DNA of 64,000 nt from Bdellovibrionales bacterium (lineage in GTDB: Bacteria; Bdellovibrionota; Bdellovibrionia; Bdellovibrionales; UBA1609). Location of the stretch: NCBI GenBank assembly GCA_965261545.1, contig CBDHDF010000011.1:64001-128000 (forward strand). The letters are read 5' to 3'. The notes under the pieces are model-generated. The model did not search any database and was not told where the DNA came from. It saw only the letters and a list, made by a program, of their open reading frames with translations. This document shows positions 8,892-18,625 of this stretch, piece by piece; position 1 is the stretch's first letter; each line of letters opens with the position of its first letter. The translations under genes and the position numbers were made by a program.

Positions 8892-10136
8892 GTGAGTTCA
8901 ATGTCTAATTTCCTAGCTCCACACTCCAAAGCAGATAGTTTTTCTTGCAGAGTTAAGGCTCAGTGCGGCTTTACTCTCACATCCACTCTTATGGCGGTGG
9001 GTATTACATCGCTAACATTTATGGCTGTCATGGGAATGATAAACTTTCAAGGCTTAGAGTCAAAAGCTATCAAGCAACAACTCGTCAGAAGCTCAGCCCA
9101 TTATCACATTTTACAATCTCTTATAAATGAAGGTAACTGTAAATGTCTTATGAGTTCTCATCAAATTACAGACAAGCAACAACAGTATGATTTAAAAACT
9201 ATATACAGTAGCTATACTAATTCGTCAGCCTGCACGTCCGATGCCTCCAATATTATAGTCACCAGCGAATCAACCCAACAAAAAAATGAGGAAGGGTTAA
9301 GCATCGCCTCTGTGGTTCTAGATGATGTGACAAAAGGGGGGAGCCTAGGACCAATCGCTTCTGGCTCGCCAAGTCCCACTTACACTGGTTACCAAGGGAA
9401 AATCATAATCACTTATAATCATCAGTATATGGTACGGGTGCTAAAACCTATCACCATTCCCATTTTACTAACAGTGGACTCTTCAGGCTCCCCAGGGAAT
9501 GTGAGAGTCTGTGGGGCCAAGACAGATTTATCAGGAGTCACAGCAAGAGTTGTTGTCATGGAGGAGCAGATAACAGGAGGGTCTGCCCCTATTGCAAATC
9601 CTGTCACGCCCACATCCCTGACCGGTCGTGTGATTGCTTTGGAGAAGCGTGTGACAAGTTTAGTTAACTACATAGATAAGTATGTGCTTGATACGAATCT
9701 TCAAATACAAAACCATCATAAGCAGATAATAGAAATCTTCAAGTTACTGAAAAAGCCCCATAAACACAAGCTACTCACTGCGACATCTCCCTCGCGTTCT
9801 ACTTCAATAAGTACTGGAGGAGCTAATTCACACTCACATAGTGCGTCAAATCATGGGCACGGCAGTCATGCCCACACGCTGGACGACTACCACCCCCCCA
9901 TCCTGCCGCCGCCGCCGCCGCCCCCGCCGCCACCGCCAGTATTGTGCTCCTGTACCACTACCCAGACAAAATGGCAGACCAACGATGGCAGGAGGTGTTC
10001 TCTTCACCAAAGCAGACGTACATGCACTGGAAAAAACCAATGTGGTAATAACGGTAATAACCCTTGCGAACAACTCTCATGCTCTGCATGGGCTAGGATT
10101 GGCGTCGGAAGAAGCACAGGTAACTGTGGCCGATGA
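8892..10136 (+). CDS. Prepilin/pseudopilin-like protein with coiled coil, His-rich stretch, poly-Pro linker and Cys-rich C-terminus
   Basis: QCG^FTLTSTLMAVGI type IV prepilin-like N-terminus; P10 run; 7 Cys in last ~63 aa. Confidence 0.7.
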   Translation: MSSMSNFLAPHSKADSFSCRVKAQCGFTLTSTLMAVGITSLTFMAVMGMINFQGLESKAIKQQLVRSSAHYHILQSLINEGNCKCLMSSHQITDKQQQYDLKTIYSSYTNSSACTSDASNIIVTSESTQQKNEEGLSIASVVLDDVTKGGSLGPIASGSPSPTYTGYQGKIIITYNHQYMVRVLKPITIPILLTVDSSGSPGNVRVCGAKTDLSGVTARVVVMEEQITGGSAPIANPVTPTSLTGRVIALEKRVTSLVNYIDKYVLDTNLQIQNHHKQIIEIFKLLKKPHKHKLLTATSPSRSTSISTGGANSHSHSASNHGHGSHAHTLDDYHPPILPPPPPPPPPPPVLCSCTTTQTKWQTNDGRRCSLHQSRRTCTGKNQCGNNGNNPCEQLSCSAWARIGVGRSTGNCGR

Positions 10137-10456
10137 CCTTGCCAAATCCCTAAAGGAGTATAAAAAGGTGAAAGACTTTATGAAAGAAACAGTTTCTGGA
10201 ATCCTAAAGCCATGATTTTGATAACATGAGCCGCTACGAAGAGCCAATTTGATTCTAAATCATATTTTCATATTTGCAGAAATTGAGAAATGATGTCATG
10301 ACCAAGCCCTCGCCCACCTGCCTATCTTCTCCTGAAATATTCACTTGATAGAGGGTGGGAATACTCACTCAAAGGGACTTCAAGTTATCTGAACTTAAGC
10401 CCAGTTCAGGCAGGGAATAAGGGTGTAGGCGATACTCATGAGTCAATGCCGTTTCC

Positions 10457-11503
10457 TTAAGCCACCACACCCCTCTGCCTCTGCGTTAAGCTATTTCTTT
10501 TAAAAGAACTCCCAGCCCTTTTGATAGACCTTTCATAGCTTCTTTTGAAGTGCCTCCTCTTCTCCATTGAAATCTTCATCAGCAACTTTATCTGCTTCCT
10601 AAATTTCTGATAGAGCCCCGCAACAAAAAGGGGGATGCTATCCATTATGAAATCAAGAATCAGTTTAAAGTTAGGTTTTTTGTAGTCATTTTTTACCAAC
10701 TGATTCACACTGTCTTCATCCTCATTTATGCTCATTTGAATCTTTGTATAATTGAAGAGCCAAAAATAAGAATACAGCTCTTGCAATATTCCATTAAGGC
10801 TTGTTGAGTGCCACTGCTCCATTTTCATTGTCGATGTAAAATCACGAAATGTCGTTTCTATTTCCCAACGACGAGAGTAAAGAGCAACCATATCCTTCTT
10901 GTCCAAGGAGCCATGCGGAAGATTAGTGGCCAAAACAGAGAACTCCCCAGTCTTTGGGTTTTTATACTTATAGAGATGAATGACCACCCCCTCAATAACC
11001 ATTTGTGAATACCAACCTGGGCCATTAAATAAATTTACGATGGGGATAAAAGTAGAGCCTCGCTTACAACGCGCAATAAAGAAGTTACTGGCTTGAGCAT
11101 GGGCCTTAATAATCTCTGTAGATAAATAAAGCCTATCGTAGAGAGTTATGCTATTACTCTCAAAACTACCTATCATTTGAATAGCATTGGCGATTTCGTT
11201 GAGAGCGGGAGAATAGCAAAGATTCTTTGTCACACCCGATAAAACGTCATAAGCATGAGATAGATACATACGTAAGAAATGAGTTTCCATCTCATTTGGG
11301 CAAGGGTACCCACAATAACCCTCCTTTAAAAGATCTTTAGAGCGAGGAAGTGCTAATTGGTCGCCATCTATGGCATAGATATAAAAGCCATGAAACGTTT
11401 TTCTCAATGGTTCGTAGTCTGTAATCAGAGATTCAAAGATATTTTTAAAAAATAGGTAAGAAATACTTTGACGTATCTTGCTGAGACTGCTTTTGACTGG
11501 CAT
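10457..11503 (-). CDS. IS4 family transposase (C-terminal part; upstream N-terminal coding region split by ISL3)
   Basis: YAIDGD, LYDRLY, FFIARCK, LATNL, YSRRWEIETTFRDF (YREK-like). Confidence 0.9.
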   Translation of the reverse strand: MPVKSSLSKIRQSISYLFFKNIFESLITDYEPLRKTFHGFYIYAIDGDQLALPRSKDLLKEGYCGYPCPNEMETHFLRMYLSHAYDVLSGVTKNLCYSPALNEIANAIQMIGSFESNSITLYDRLYLSTEIIKAHAQASNFFIARCKRGSTFIPIVNLFNGPGWYSQMVIEGVVIHLYKYKNPKTGEFSVLATNLPHGSLDKKDMVALYSRRWEIETTFRDFTSTMKMEQWHSTSLNGILQELYSYFWLFNYTKIQMSINEDEDSVNQLVKNDYKKPNFKLILDFIMDSIPLFVAGLYQKFRKQIKLLMKISMEKRRHFKRSYERSIKRAGSSFKRNSLTQRQRGVVA

Positions 11504-11622
11504 GAGAAGCAGGTCACCAAAATGAGTCCATACCGTCTTAAGAGCGATTTGGTAGCCTTCGTAATTTGTTCCGGAAATAAGATAGATAATAGTAAAAAAG
11601 AAAATTTGAGGATTAAATTTTC

Positions 11623-13343
11623 GGCTATATCCGAGTTTCTCGGAGCCTAAAGTCCAAATTCCCTAGGGAAATAGCTAAAAACTGGATGTACAGGTTATTC
11701 CTAAGATTTGTACATAAAAACACGGAGGACAGGGCTACCAAATCACTTGTGTGGAGAGCCGCCGTTATCCACAAGACTCACCCACAGCAGCGCTGCTTTA
11801 TTGTGGCTCCGAGGGCCATAGCCGCAGCGTCGCCATGGATGAGTCTGTGGATAACTGACTCATCTTGGCGGAGTTAGTATGGGGAGGTGAATTGGAAAAA
11901 GAAATGTTGATCGACAATAAAAACTATAATGTACAAAAACGCTTGGGGAAACTTCCAACAATATCCAAATCCCCAGCACACAAGTAAATCATATTCTCAA
12001 AACCCTGTAGGTTCTTAAATCCTGAAGCCCGATTTTTTATGATCTTTAGAAGGCGATTGATTCCCTCAGCCTTGGCATTTGTGACAGGATCTTTAATGAA
12101 GGAAAGAATATTTTCTTGGTGCTTCCTGAGCATCAAGGCAAACTTTTTCATAGAATCAATGCGTGATCTTAAGGCACGAGTGATCCAGGCATTCAGAAAA
12201 TTCGCAGCATGACCTGGACTCACATAATCCCAGAAATGCTCAAAATTATCTTTAAGCAGCCATGCTCTGAATATTTTATTGTTAGATTTCTCCATGAGGT
12301 TAATTTTACGAGTTTGGGCCTTACTACGAGAGGATGAACTGTAGGCTATCAACCAGCGAGTTCCCTTAATAGCCTTTCTGTCCTTCTTGCAGGCATCTCT
12401 CCAAATTTCTTTTCTCACCTCATCCACAGCCCTGTTGAGGGATTGAATAATGTGAAATTTGTCCAAAACGAGAGTAGCATTCTTACAATGCTCCTTGATA
12501 GAGGAGATGTAGCCTTGAGCCATATCACAACAAGCCACTCTAATTTTGTCTCGCTGATATTGGCTGAGTTCCTTTGTAAAAAAGGAGTCTATTGTCTCCT
12601 TACCCTTACCTTTTCCAATCCAAACGACACAGCCTTTCTTCATGTCGTAAATCAAGGTAATAAACTTCCTTCCCTTAGCATAAGAAATTTCATCGACTCC
12701 AATGACCTCCAAACCACGAATTTTGTGACCATCTCGTTCCCTGTGGATGATTCGATGAATAAGATCAGATAAGGTGGATGTGGGTATCTTGACAAGCTCT
12801 GAAACGGCTTTTTGGGTCATCTGCTTGGTCAGGGTCAGAATTGTTAGTTCCAGACGATAGGTGACTCGACTGAAGTGGTCGGCCCAAGGAATTCTCTCCA
12901 TAATACGACCATGAGTGGGACACAGAACTTCCTTCGGAGAATAATGGAAATAAATGGGGGTACCGCACACGACGATATCTCGCCACACTCTTTCTTCTAA
13001 GCATCTAAGTATCTTACAGCGGCGTCCACAATGAGGACAGCGGCAGCCATTCTTATGGGGTTTAACCCCTAAGTGAAGTTCTTGATTTCGATTTTTAAAT
13101 TTAACCCAAGTCACTTTTAAGAATGATAATTTCAACATCTTTATAATAAACTTATTCAAGACCATGGCATCTCCTGTATTATTTTCCAATAAGTAAATTA
13201 AGAGATTAAACCATGGTTTTGTTATGGGTAAAGTAATGAGGGGGATAAATCATGGAAATTGAATTATTTTCTTGGTTTTTAATGCGGTAATTCTGCAACG
13301 TCGAAATTAGGCCCATTTTCTGTTGAGAAACTCGGATATACCC
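11623..13343 (-). mobile_element. ISL3 family element (1721 bp)
   Basis: IRs GG(C/G)TATATCCGAGTTTCTC; 8-bp TSD AAATTTTC (11615-11622 / 13344-13351); the empty site is visible in IS4 copy 2. Confidence 0.95.
11924..13165 (-). CDS. ISL3 family transposase
   Basis: CPHCG zinc finger, IGVDEISY, CCDM, LDKFHI, TNAKAEGINRLLK; AGGAG RBS before ATG 13165. Confidence 0.93.
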   Translation of the reverse strand: MVLNKFIIKMLKLSFLKVTWVKFKNRNQELHLGVKPHKNGCRCPHCGRRCKILRCLEERVWRDIVVCGTPIYFHYSPKEVLCPTHGRIMERIPWADHFSRVTYRLELTILTLTKQMTQKAVSELVKIPTSTLSDLIHRIIHRERDGHKIRGLEVIGVDEISYAKGRKFITLIYDMKKGCVVWIGKGKGKETIDSFFTKELSQYQRDKIRVACCDMAQGYISSIKEHCKNATLVLDKFHIIQSLNRAVDEVRKEIWRDACKKDRKAIKGTRWLIAYSSSSRSKAQTRKINLMEKSNNKIFRAWLLKDNFEHFWDYVSPGHAANFLNAWITRALRSRIDSMKKFALMLRKHQENILSFIKDPVTNAKAEGINRLLKIIKNRASGFKNLQGFENMIYLCAGDLDIVGSFPKRFCTL

Positions 13344-13589
13344 AAATTTTCGATTCCTTTTTTGTTTTTCTGGATCGACAAGGTGCTCTGGCTTGAAGGA
13401 AGAATCAAGTTTTGGTAGAATAAAATGGTCATCTGTGACGCGAACTCGTCATTTGGGGGCTTTCGAGATCAATATTGGATTGCATGTGACTTACTCCTTG
13501 GTTGAGGGTTGGGTGTAAAATAAAACAAGTCTTATTCTTGTCGATTTATCTAATAATTTCAAGAGATTTTTCTTAAGGAAACGGCATTG

Positions 13590-13663
13590 ACTCATGAGTA
13601 TAGTGGAGTCAAGTCCAAAATACTCATGAGTATAATGGAATTAGGTCCAAAATACCCATGAGT
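13590..13663. repeat. 32-bp tandem repeat (2 full + 1 partial) derived from the transporter 3' end; contains the IS4 target palindrome
   Basis: actcatgagtatagtggagtcaagtccaaaat / actcatgagtataatggaattaggtccaaaat / acccatgagt. Confidence 0.85.
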
Positions 13664-15095
13664 CAAAGGGGCCTAGAATTTCTAGAAGAAATGCGAAGAG
13701 AATAATAAAAGGGGCTCCCCATCTTATGATCCAACGCCAATGAAAGTAAAAAACAATGGCATTGGAATTGTCTCCATCTATAAACTCCCCACGCCTCACG
13801 GATTCAGCGACCTTATAATAGGCCATCTGACTGATGTAAAGTGCCGATAGGGGAAGCCCCCATTTGACCAGGCCCTTATCAAAAATCATTAAAGAAATAA
13901 AATCAGTGACCTTGCCAAATCCTAAAAAAGACGGGGATAAAAGCAATATAGATACGATACCTACACATAAAGCTCCAATGGAAAACACCACTTTGGGTGA
14001 GCTTGCAGCGGCTCCAGTTAAGCCGTTGGCCACAGCTCCAAAAAGACCAATGCTTGCAGAAAGAGCCATTAAGTAAAGGCACAAGAAGAAACCCACTCCG
14101 ACCAGATTTCCATAGGATAAGCTCGCTAGCAAAGTAGGAACAGTTTGAAACAAAAGGTAAGGAGCTTCTAAAGGTGCTTCTAAAGAATTTCCCACTTGAA
14201 AGCCACCCCCTACTGCCACCAAGGAAAAAATGAGAAGCCCCGTCAGCACGGAAATGCACAGGTCAAACACAGTCACTTGAAAGCCAAACTCTGACAGCAA
14301 GCTTTTTCCGTTCCAACAGTAACCAAGGGCAACAACGGCGCCACAACCAATACTCAAAGTGAAAAAAACATGCCCTAGGGCCTCCAGCAAAGATGAGTGA
14401 TTGAGATTGGAGAAATTGGGGTAGATAAAATATTTCAAACCTTCTTTCGCATTTTCTAAAGAAATGGACTCTATAACAAGCACAATGAGGAGGAACACAA
14501 AAGCGGGTATGATATAGTTTATCCACTTTCTAATGTTGTTTCTAAATCCTTCCCATGCAAAAGTCATCACAATTAAGAAGTGAGTCGAAGTGAATAAATA
14601 TTGCAACCAATCATTTTTTATAAGTGCAAAAATAATTTCACCCGACGGTACTCGATCTTTCCCAAGAAAAGCATCAATAAAATACATAAGAAAATACAAA
14701 ACCCATCCAGAAACTATAGATAAATAAATAAGAACCATAAACGAAAAAGCTAAGAAGAGCTTCTTCATATGAACTGTCCCAAATTTCAGAAATTTGGGCA
14801 TGGGTTTATGTTTATTTTCATCTTTAAGGAATTTTTCTCCATCCATTCTCCAACTTTTTCCAAATAAAAGTTCATTGATTAAGAAAGGAGCACCCACAAT
14901 AAGAGTCAAAATAATGTAGAGAAGCACAAAAGCTCCTCCACCATTTTCAGCAACCACATAGGGGAAACGCCATAAATTCCCTAGGCCAAAGATCGCTCCC
15001 ATGGTCAAAAAATAAAAACTGAATTCCTCCCCTCTGAAGATATGTTGCATAAATGAGTGTTTCATAAAAGAGCGTTTCATAAAAAGACGTTTCAT
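13641..15095 (-). CDS. Sodium-dependent transporter (NSS/SNF family)
   Basis: GLGNLWRFPYVVAENGGGAFVLLY; ALGHVFFTLSIG. Confidence 0.92.
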   Translation of the reverse strand: MKRLFMKRSFMKHSFMQHIFRGEEFSFYFLTMGAIFGLGNLWRFPYVVAENGGGAFVLLYIILTLIVGAPFLINELLFGKSWRMDGEKFLKDENKHKPMPKFLKFGTVHMKKLFLAFSFMVLIYLSIVSGWVLYFLMYFIDAFLGKDRVPSGEIIFALIKNDWLQYLFTSTHFLIVMTFAWEGFRNNIRKWINYIIPAFVFLLIVLVIESISLENAKEGLKYFIYPNFSNLNHSSLLEALGHVFFTLSIGCGAVVALGYCWNGKSLLSEFGFQVTVFDLCISVLTGLLIFSLVAVGGGFQVGNSLEAPLEAPYLLFQTVPTLLASLSYGNLVGVGFFLCLYLMALSASIGLFGAVANGLTGAAASSPKVVFSIGALCVGIVSILLLSPSFLGFGKVTDFISLMIFDKGLVKWGLPLSALYISQMAYYKVAESVRRGEFIDGDNSNAIVFYFHWRWIIRWGAPFIILFAFLLEILGPFDSWVFWT

Positions 15096-16546
15096 TATGA
15101 AGATCTACCGCTCTTCATAACAAAGAGACGTACAGGAATTCCCTTGAGATTCCAGTTGGCCTTTATTCTCTTGGATAAAAACCTTCTGTAAGAGGGAGAA
15201 ACTCCATCTGGACGATTGGCAAAGGCAATAAAGCTTGGTGGCTTTTGTTTGGTTTGAGTTAAATAATAAAATTTCACATTTTTTGACCCCTCTACAGGAG
15301 CCGGTGCTTGACGAATCACCTCATAAAAAAATTTATTCAGCTGAGATGTCGAAATATGTGTATTCATCTTAGACCAGATATCTTCAACCTTTTCAAAGAG
15401 CTGCTTCAAACCAAACCCCGAAAGAGCACAGATAAAGACAATAGGAATATCTGGAAAAAAATGAAATTGCTTTTCCACTTGCCTATGAAACCACTGACGG
15501 TGGGCAGAACGATGAGACTTTGCTGCATCTACTTTGTTCGCCACTAAAATCACAGGTTTGTGCTCTTCTATAATATATTCAACAATTTTTGCATCTTGCA
15601 CTGTGGGTCCCTCCACGGCATCGACGAGGAGAAAGACTATATCTGAACCATGGATCGCTTTCTTAGAGAATATCGCTGATATTCTTTCCACAGCCCCATG
15701 GCGCTTGGAAGAACGACGCATTCCCGCGGTGTCTACGAGAAGATAATTTTTTGTTCCCATGGAAAAAGAAGCTTCAATGGCATCCACCGTGGTTCCTGCT
15801 CGTTGAGAAACCAACATTCTCTTTTGACCCAAGAGTTGGTTGCACAAAGAACTTTTACCCACATTGGGTTTTCCGACAACACTCAGCTTCACGCAGGATT
15901 CTCGTTCGGAAGAAACTGGGGGGCTTAAGTTTTTTAAAACCCACTCCACAAGGCTGTCCACATTGTCTTGCTTTTCAAAACTTGTGGCTATCAACTCTCC
16001 ACCCAATTCAAAAAAATCACTGAGAATCAAATCCGCTTGGTGCATTTGGTCCACTTTGTTCACCGCAATGACAAAGGGGCACCCCGATTTCTGAGCCATA
16101 CGTACCACATCGGCGTCTTCAGGCACCAGACCTGCACGTCCATCCACAACGACAATCAAAAGATCAAAAGTGTGAAGAAGGCTTAAAATATGATTGCGAA
16201 TCTCAGGGGCAAAGCCCTCTTTTCCCTCTGTGAGACCACCTGTATCCGCCACATCAAATTGTCGGCCCCACCAAGAGGCTGTTTCAATGAGAATGTCTCT
16301 TGTGACTCCCGCCTGATTCCTTACCATGGACTTACGGGTTTTCGTCAGCCGGTTAAACAATGTGGATTTTCCTACATTGGGTCGCCCTACAATGGCGACT
16401 CTCTCATGGATGAAGTCACCTTCATAAGTCGCATTTATGGATTCATCTTCATGGGCGAGGTCACCTTCATCATGAACAGATTCATTTATGGGTTCATCTC
16501 CATGGACGGAGTCACCCTTATGAACAACTTTATTTATTGATGACAT
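15095..16546 (-). CDS. der: Ribosome biogenesis GTPase Der
   Basis: Two G domains (GRPNVGKST, GKPNVGKSS, DTAG, NKVD); KH-like C-terminus SYRRFL...GIPVRL. Confidence 0.96.
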   Translation of the reverse strand: MSSINKVVHKGDSVHGDEPINESVHDEGDLAHEDESINATYEGDFIHERVAIVGRPNVGKSTLFNRLTKTRKSMVRNQAGVTRDILIETASWWGRQFDVADTGGLTEGKEGFAPEIRNHILSLLHTFDLLIVVVDGRAGLVPEDADVVRMAQKSGCPFVIAVNKVDQMHQADLILSDFFELGGELIATSFEKQDNVDSLVEWVLKNLSPPVSSERESCVKLSVVGKPNVGKSSLCNQLLGQKRMLVSQRAGTTVDAIEASFSMGTKNYLLVDTAGMRRSSKRHGAVERISAIFSKKAIHGSDIVFLLVDAVEGPTVQDAKIVEYIIEEHKPVILVANKVDAAKSHRSAHRQWFHRQVEKQFHFFPDIPIVFICALSGFGLKQLFEKVEDIWSKMNTHISTSQLNKFFYEVIRQAPAPVEGSKNVKFYYLTQTKQKPPSFIAFANRPDGVSPSYRRFLSKRIKANWNLKGIPVRLFVMKSGRSS

Positions 16547-17513
16547 AACCTAAGTCCCTTAAAAGTGACTTCTTTTTTGTCCACTGAACCTTCACTTTGA
16601 CATACAGCTCTAAAAAGACCTTTTGGCCAGTGATTTTTTCAATATCCAAACGAGCTGACTGTCCTATTCTTTTAAGAGTGGACCCACCACGACCTATAAC
16701 AATGGGACGATGTTTTTCTTTGCTTACAATAAGTTCAGCTGAGATATTCAAAATTTCAGGAAGTTCTTGAAAACTTTTGATCTGAACGGCCATTCCATAG
16801 GGTATTTCTTGGTGAAGAAATACAAAGCATTTTTCGCGAATAATTTCTGAAGACAAGGCACGCATATTTTGTGTGGTATAAATATCATTTTCATAAAGTG
16901 GAGGACTCTGAGGTACAAGATTTTTAAGTGTGGGAAGAAGTGTTTCCTTTAAATCTTCAGACCAGTGAGTGGAAGAAGTGATCACAATTTTCTTATTAAA
17001 CTCCTTGAGTTTATTTCTCAGAGCAGCCACTCGATGATCCTGGCTCAAATCGGCCTTACTAATAACAATACACCATGGCTTTGTATCAACAATGGTGTTT
17101 GTGCTAGCAGTTATGCTTGTATCATCAGCTGTGCTTGTATCACCGGCGTTAGAGTTTATAAGTTCCACCACCTCAAGCAGACTTTCTAAGCTCTTGGCGT
17201 CCACATTGAGAACTGCAACAAGGGCATCCACATCACTCATGACAGCGTGCACTTCTTTTTTTAAAAAGCCATGAAGCCCCAACTCTGAAGAAATGATGCC
17301 CGGAGTGTCCACACATAAGAGCTGTGCATCTTGGTCTGAGTAAATGCCCACCACTCGTTGCCGTGTGGTTTGAGGCTTAGAGGTCACAATCCCCACCTTC
17401 TCGCCAATGATTTTATTGATAAGGCTGCTTTTTCCCGCATTGGGAAGACCTACAAATCCTATAAAGCCTGAACGAAAGGGGGTAGGTTCAAGGGCATTCA
17501 CAGAGACACACAA
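16530..17513 (-). CDS. era: GTPase Era
   Basis: FRSGFIGFVGLPNAGKSS, KPQTTR, DTPG, EIIREK, QEIPY, VIGRGG. Confidence 0.96.
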   Translation of the reverse strand: MCVSVNALEPTPFRSGFIGFVGLPNAGKSSLINKIIGEKVGIVTSKPQTTRQRVVGIYSDQDAQLLCVDTPGIISSELGLHGFLKKEVHAVMSDVDALVAVLNVDAKSLESLLEVVELINSNAGDTSTADDTSITASTNTIVDTKPWCIVISKADLSQDHRVAALRNKLKEFNKKIVITSSTHWSEDLKETLLPTLKNLVPQSPPLYENDIYTTQNMRALSSEIIREKCFVFLHQEIPYGMAVQIKSFQELPEILNISAELIVSKEKHRPIVIGRGGSTLKRIGQSARLDIEKITGQKVFLELYVKVKVQWTKKKSLLRDLGYVINK

Positions 17514-18232
17514 GTGTTTAAGGATTCGATTTGATGGAGTCCTTGGAGCGCAGCTTCTTGTTCTGCCTGTTTTTTACTTTTACCTTCTCCCTGTCCCATG
17601 ACCTGATTTCCTACATAGACTTTCACAAAAAAAGTCTTATCATGGTCAGGTCCTCGATCTTTCACCACTTTGTAAGTGGGAGTCTGTTTAAAAAGTTCCT
17701 GACACTTTTCTTGAAAGTGAGTTTTATAATCACTGCTGTAATAATTTGTAAGGTCTAAGTGAGATAACCTTTCCCGAAAAACATCCTCTATAAACTTGTA
17801 GGCTTTGTCATAGCCAGCATCACAGAAAAGGGCGCCTACAACAGCCTCATAGGTCGAAGCAAGAAGCCGTGGCTTGAGAGAACCACCATTTCTCATCTCC
17901 GCCCAACTGAGTAAGATATTTTGATTAAGGTCTAAATCAAGGGCAATTTCGGCAAGTGTGGTCTCATTCACCAAACTAGCACGCATCTTAGAAAGAGGGC
18001 CTTCATCGAGTTCGGGGTATTTTTGCATCAACATAGATCCCACAGCTAAATCAAGAACGGCATCACCCAAAAATTCCAATCGCTCACTGTGTCCTTTCGA
18101 GGCTCCCTCGGATTCATGGTGATAGCTCTTATGGGTAAGGGCGCTCATAAGAAGACTTGGATTTTGAAAAGTGTGATTCAACTTTTTTTCCATCTTGTCT
18201 TGTTGACTCTCCTGTTTATTACAATTGGGCAT
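17498..18232 (-). CDS. rnc: Ribonuclease III
   Basis: ALTHKS, ERLEFLGDAVL, dsRBD GPDHDKTF...GKSKKQAEQEAA. Confidence 0.96.
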   Translation of the reverse strand: MPNCNKQESQQDKMEKKLNHTFQNPSLLMSALTHKSYHHESEGASKGHSERLEFLGDAVLDLAVGSMLMQKYPELDEGPLSKMRASLVNETTLAEIALDLDLNQNILLSWAEMRNGGSLKPRLLASTYEAVVGALFCDAGYDKAYKFIEDVFRERLSHLDLTNYYSSDYKTHFQEKCQELFKQTPTYKVVKDRGPDHDKTFFVKVYVGNQVMGQGEGKSKKQAEQEAALQGLHQIESLNTCVSL

Positions 18233-18527
18233 TATCTTCCCTTTTCATAGCTCCCTTGGGAGAGGGCGTAGAAAGGTGAGTGGATGTATGGATATCTCCC
18301 TGTGAGTTTGAAAGATTTTCAATCTGCTCTTTTTTAGAAGAGTTAGAATGGGAAGAAGAAGAAATTGCAGAAGGTTTGGCCGCCTCAGTTTCATCATCAT
18401 CCAAGCCTTTTTTAAACCCACGAATGGCCTCACCCAATGATTTTCCCAAACCGGGTATTCTCTTTGGACCAAAGAGAAGTAAGATAATAGCTGCTACAAT
18501 TAACATTTGCCAAATAGATGGACTCAT
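18219..18527 (-). CDS. tatA: Twin-arginine translocase subunit TatA/E
   Basis: WQMLIVAAIILLLFGPKRIPGLGKSLGEAIRGFKKG. Confidence 0.93.
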   Translation of the reverse strand: MSPSIWQMLIVAAIILLLFGPKRIPGLGKSLGEAIRGFKKGLDDDETEAAKPSAISSSSHSNSSKKEQIENLSNSQGDIHTSTHLSTPSPKGAMKREDNAQL

Positions 18528-18625
18528 AATAGCCTCCCATACGCCTAGAGATGATAGAATCTGTAAAGCCAAATAACACTATGCTTCCATTTCGTCAAGA
18601 GGATTTTCTAATGTGGTGGTTTCTT

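Larger units (their letters stand above)
10444..13589 (-). mobile_element. IS4 family element, copy 1 (1417 bp net), interrupted by ISL3
   Basis: Terminal IRs CAATGCCGTTTCCTTAAG; 10-bp TSD ACTCATGAGT (10434-10443 / 13590-13599); near-identical to 59307-60723. Confidence 0.95.

Noticed and set aside
11764..11855. oriC based on DnaA boxes
   Set aside because: Only two boxes, inside an IS and repeated in its remnant; no dnaA/gidA context
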